Shown here one piece after another: positions 63,665-64,000 of a stretch of 64,000 bases of DNA. Each line of letters opens with the position of its first letter. The stretch's first letter is position 1. The position numbers and the translations under genes were made by a program. Below the pieces are notes generated by a model. The model did not search any database. It was given only the letters and a program-made list of their open reading frames with translations, and was not told the DNA's origin. Origin of the DNA: a virus (lineage: Duplodnaviria; Heunggongvirae; Uroviricota; Caudoviricetes); IMG/VR virus record IMGVR_UViG_3300035156_000038, positions 21,726 to 85,725 of that record; one strand, given 5' to 3'.

Positions 63665-63710
63665 TTTTGAAAACTAGATTTTGCTGGGGAATGTACCGAA
63701 AAATTACGTT
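63664..63710. repeat. copy 2 of ~45-bp repeat (TTGAAAACTAGATTTTGCTGGGGAATGTACCGAAAAATTACG)
   Basis: See copy 1. Confidence 0.5.
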
Positions 63711-63771
63711 CCTTATTACAGGAAAATTCGGGTTCTTCCCCTTCCCTGTTTCGACTCCAAATGAGAATGAT

Positions 63772-63830
63772 TCGCATTTACAAAGCCAAATGAGAACCGT
63801 TCTCAACACTGAATGAGAATCATTCTCAGG
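63772..63830. promoter_or_regulatory. three tandem palindromic operator-like sites (TGAGAAnnnTTCTCA)
   Basis: TGAGAATGATTCGCA, TGAGAACCGTTCTCA and TGAGAATCATTCTCA spaced ~20 bp apart; the last two are perfect 15-bp palindromes. Confidence 0.5.
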
Positions 63831-64000
63831 TAGACCCCGGCCAGCCGGGGCAGGGGCAGCACGGCCCCAGAGAGGCCCCCGGCAGCTAGACGGCCAGCAG
63901 CTAGCGCCAGCCCTACGCCGTAGGGACGGCACAGAGCAGCGGCCCCGGCACAGGGGCCTAGTTGATTGTAAGTAACTTATGTTGCCGTTAAGTAAACCCT

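Noticed and set aside
1-64000. Looked for integrase, excisionase or CI-like repressor indicating temperate lifestyle
   Set aside because: None recognised. Only a 76-aa HTH protein (53731..53961) and operator-like palindromes at 63.8 kb, which is insufficient to call lysogeny; the replication set is T7-like (virulent style).

Overview
This window reads as most of a tailed (siphovirus-like) phage genome with three transcriptional blocks. Block 1 (1–18.3 kb, + strand) is a lambda-like morphogenesis and lysis module: prohead protease, Ala-rich scaffold, decoration-like protein, 344-aa capsid, neck and tail genes, a G/GT-like chaperone pair, a 2023-aa tape measure, a Gly-rich fibre, a GH108 endolysin and a membrane protein. 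Block 2 (18.4–58.0 kb, − strand) is the middle region, with many genes preceded by near-consensus sigma70 promoters (TTGACA-17-TAnnnT). It carries T7-like replication genes (family-A DNA polymerase, primase-helicase, gp6-like exonuclease, SSB with a DDDVPF tail, ATP-dependent DNA ligase, RNA ligase), nucleotide metabolism genes (NrdB-less RNR with a glutaredoxin, ThyX-like, MazG-like), three HNH endonucleases, a lipoprotein with an SPFH domain and a secreted SleB-like hydrolase. It also carries a dense NAD/ADP-ribose island: macrodomain, vWA, NAMPT-family plus PRPP-synthetase-family (NARP1-like Adps/Namat), a SLOG/DUF2493 protein, a DUF4326-like protein and a NADAR protein. Two things in block 2 look undescribed. 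First, a small paralogous protein (PCGTLFCxAGLAA motif) is translationally coupled upstream of each of the two NAD-salvage enzymes. Second, a six-member family of paralogous proteins (N-terminal 'IKxGDKVxV' barrel-like motif, coiled-coil C-terminus) sits at two loci, each copy with its own promoter. Block 3 (58.8–63.7 kb, + strand) is an early region of small genes driven by a reiterated promoter cassette. It is bracketed by a ~45-bp repeat and followed by three tandem palindromic operator-like sites. The 57.97–58.86 kb divergent intergenic region has iteron-like AT-rich repeats and a GC-rich palindrome, making it a candidate origin or control hub. No integrase, tRNA or CRISPR was recognised. 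Coordinates of sites read by eye (promoters, terminators, sub-threshold ORFs) are approximate to a few bp.
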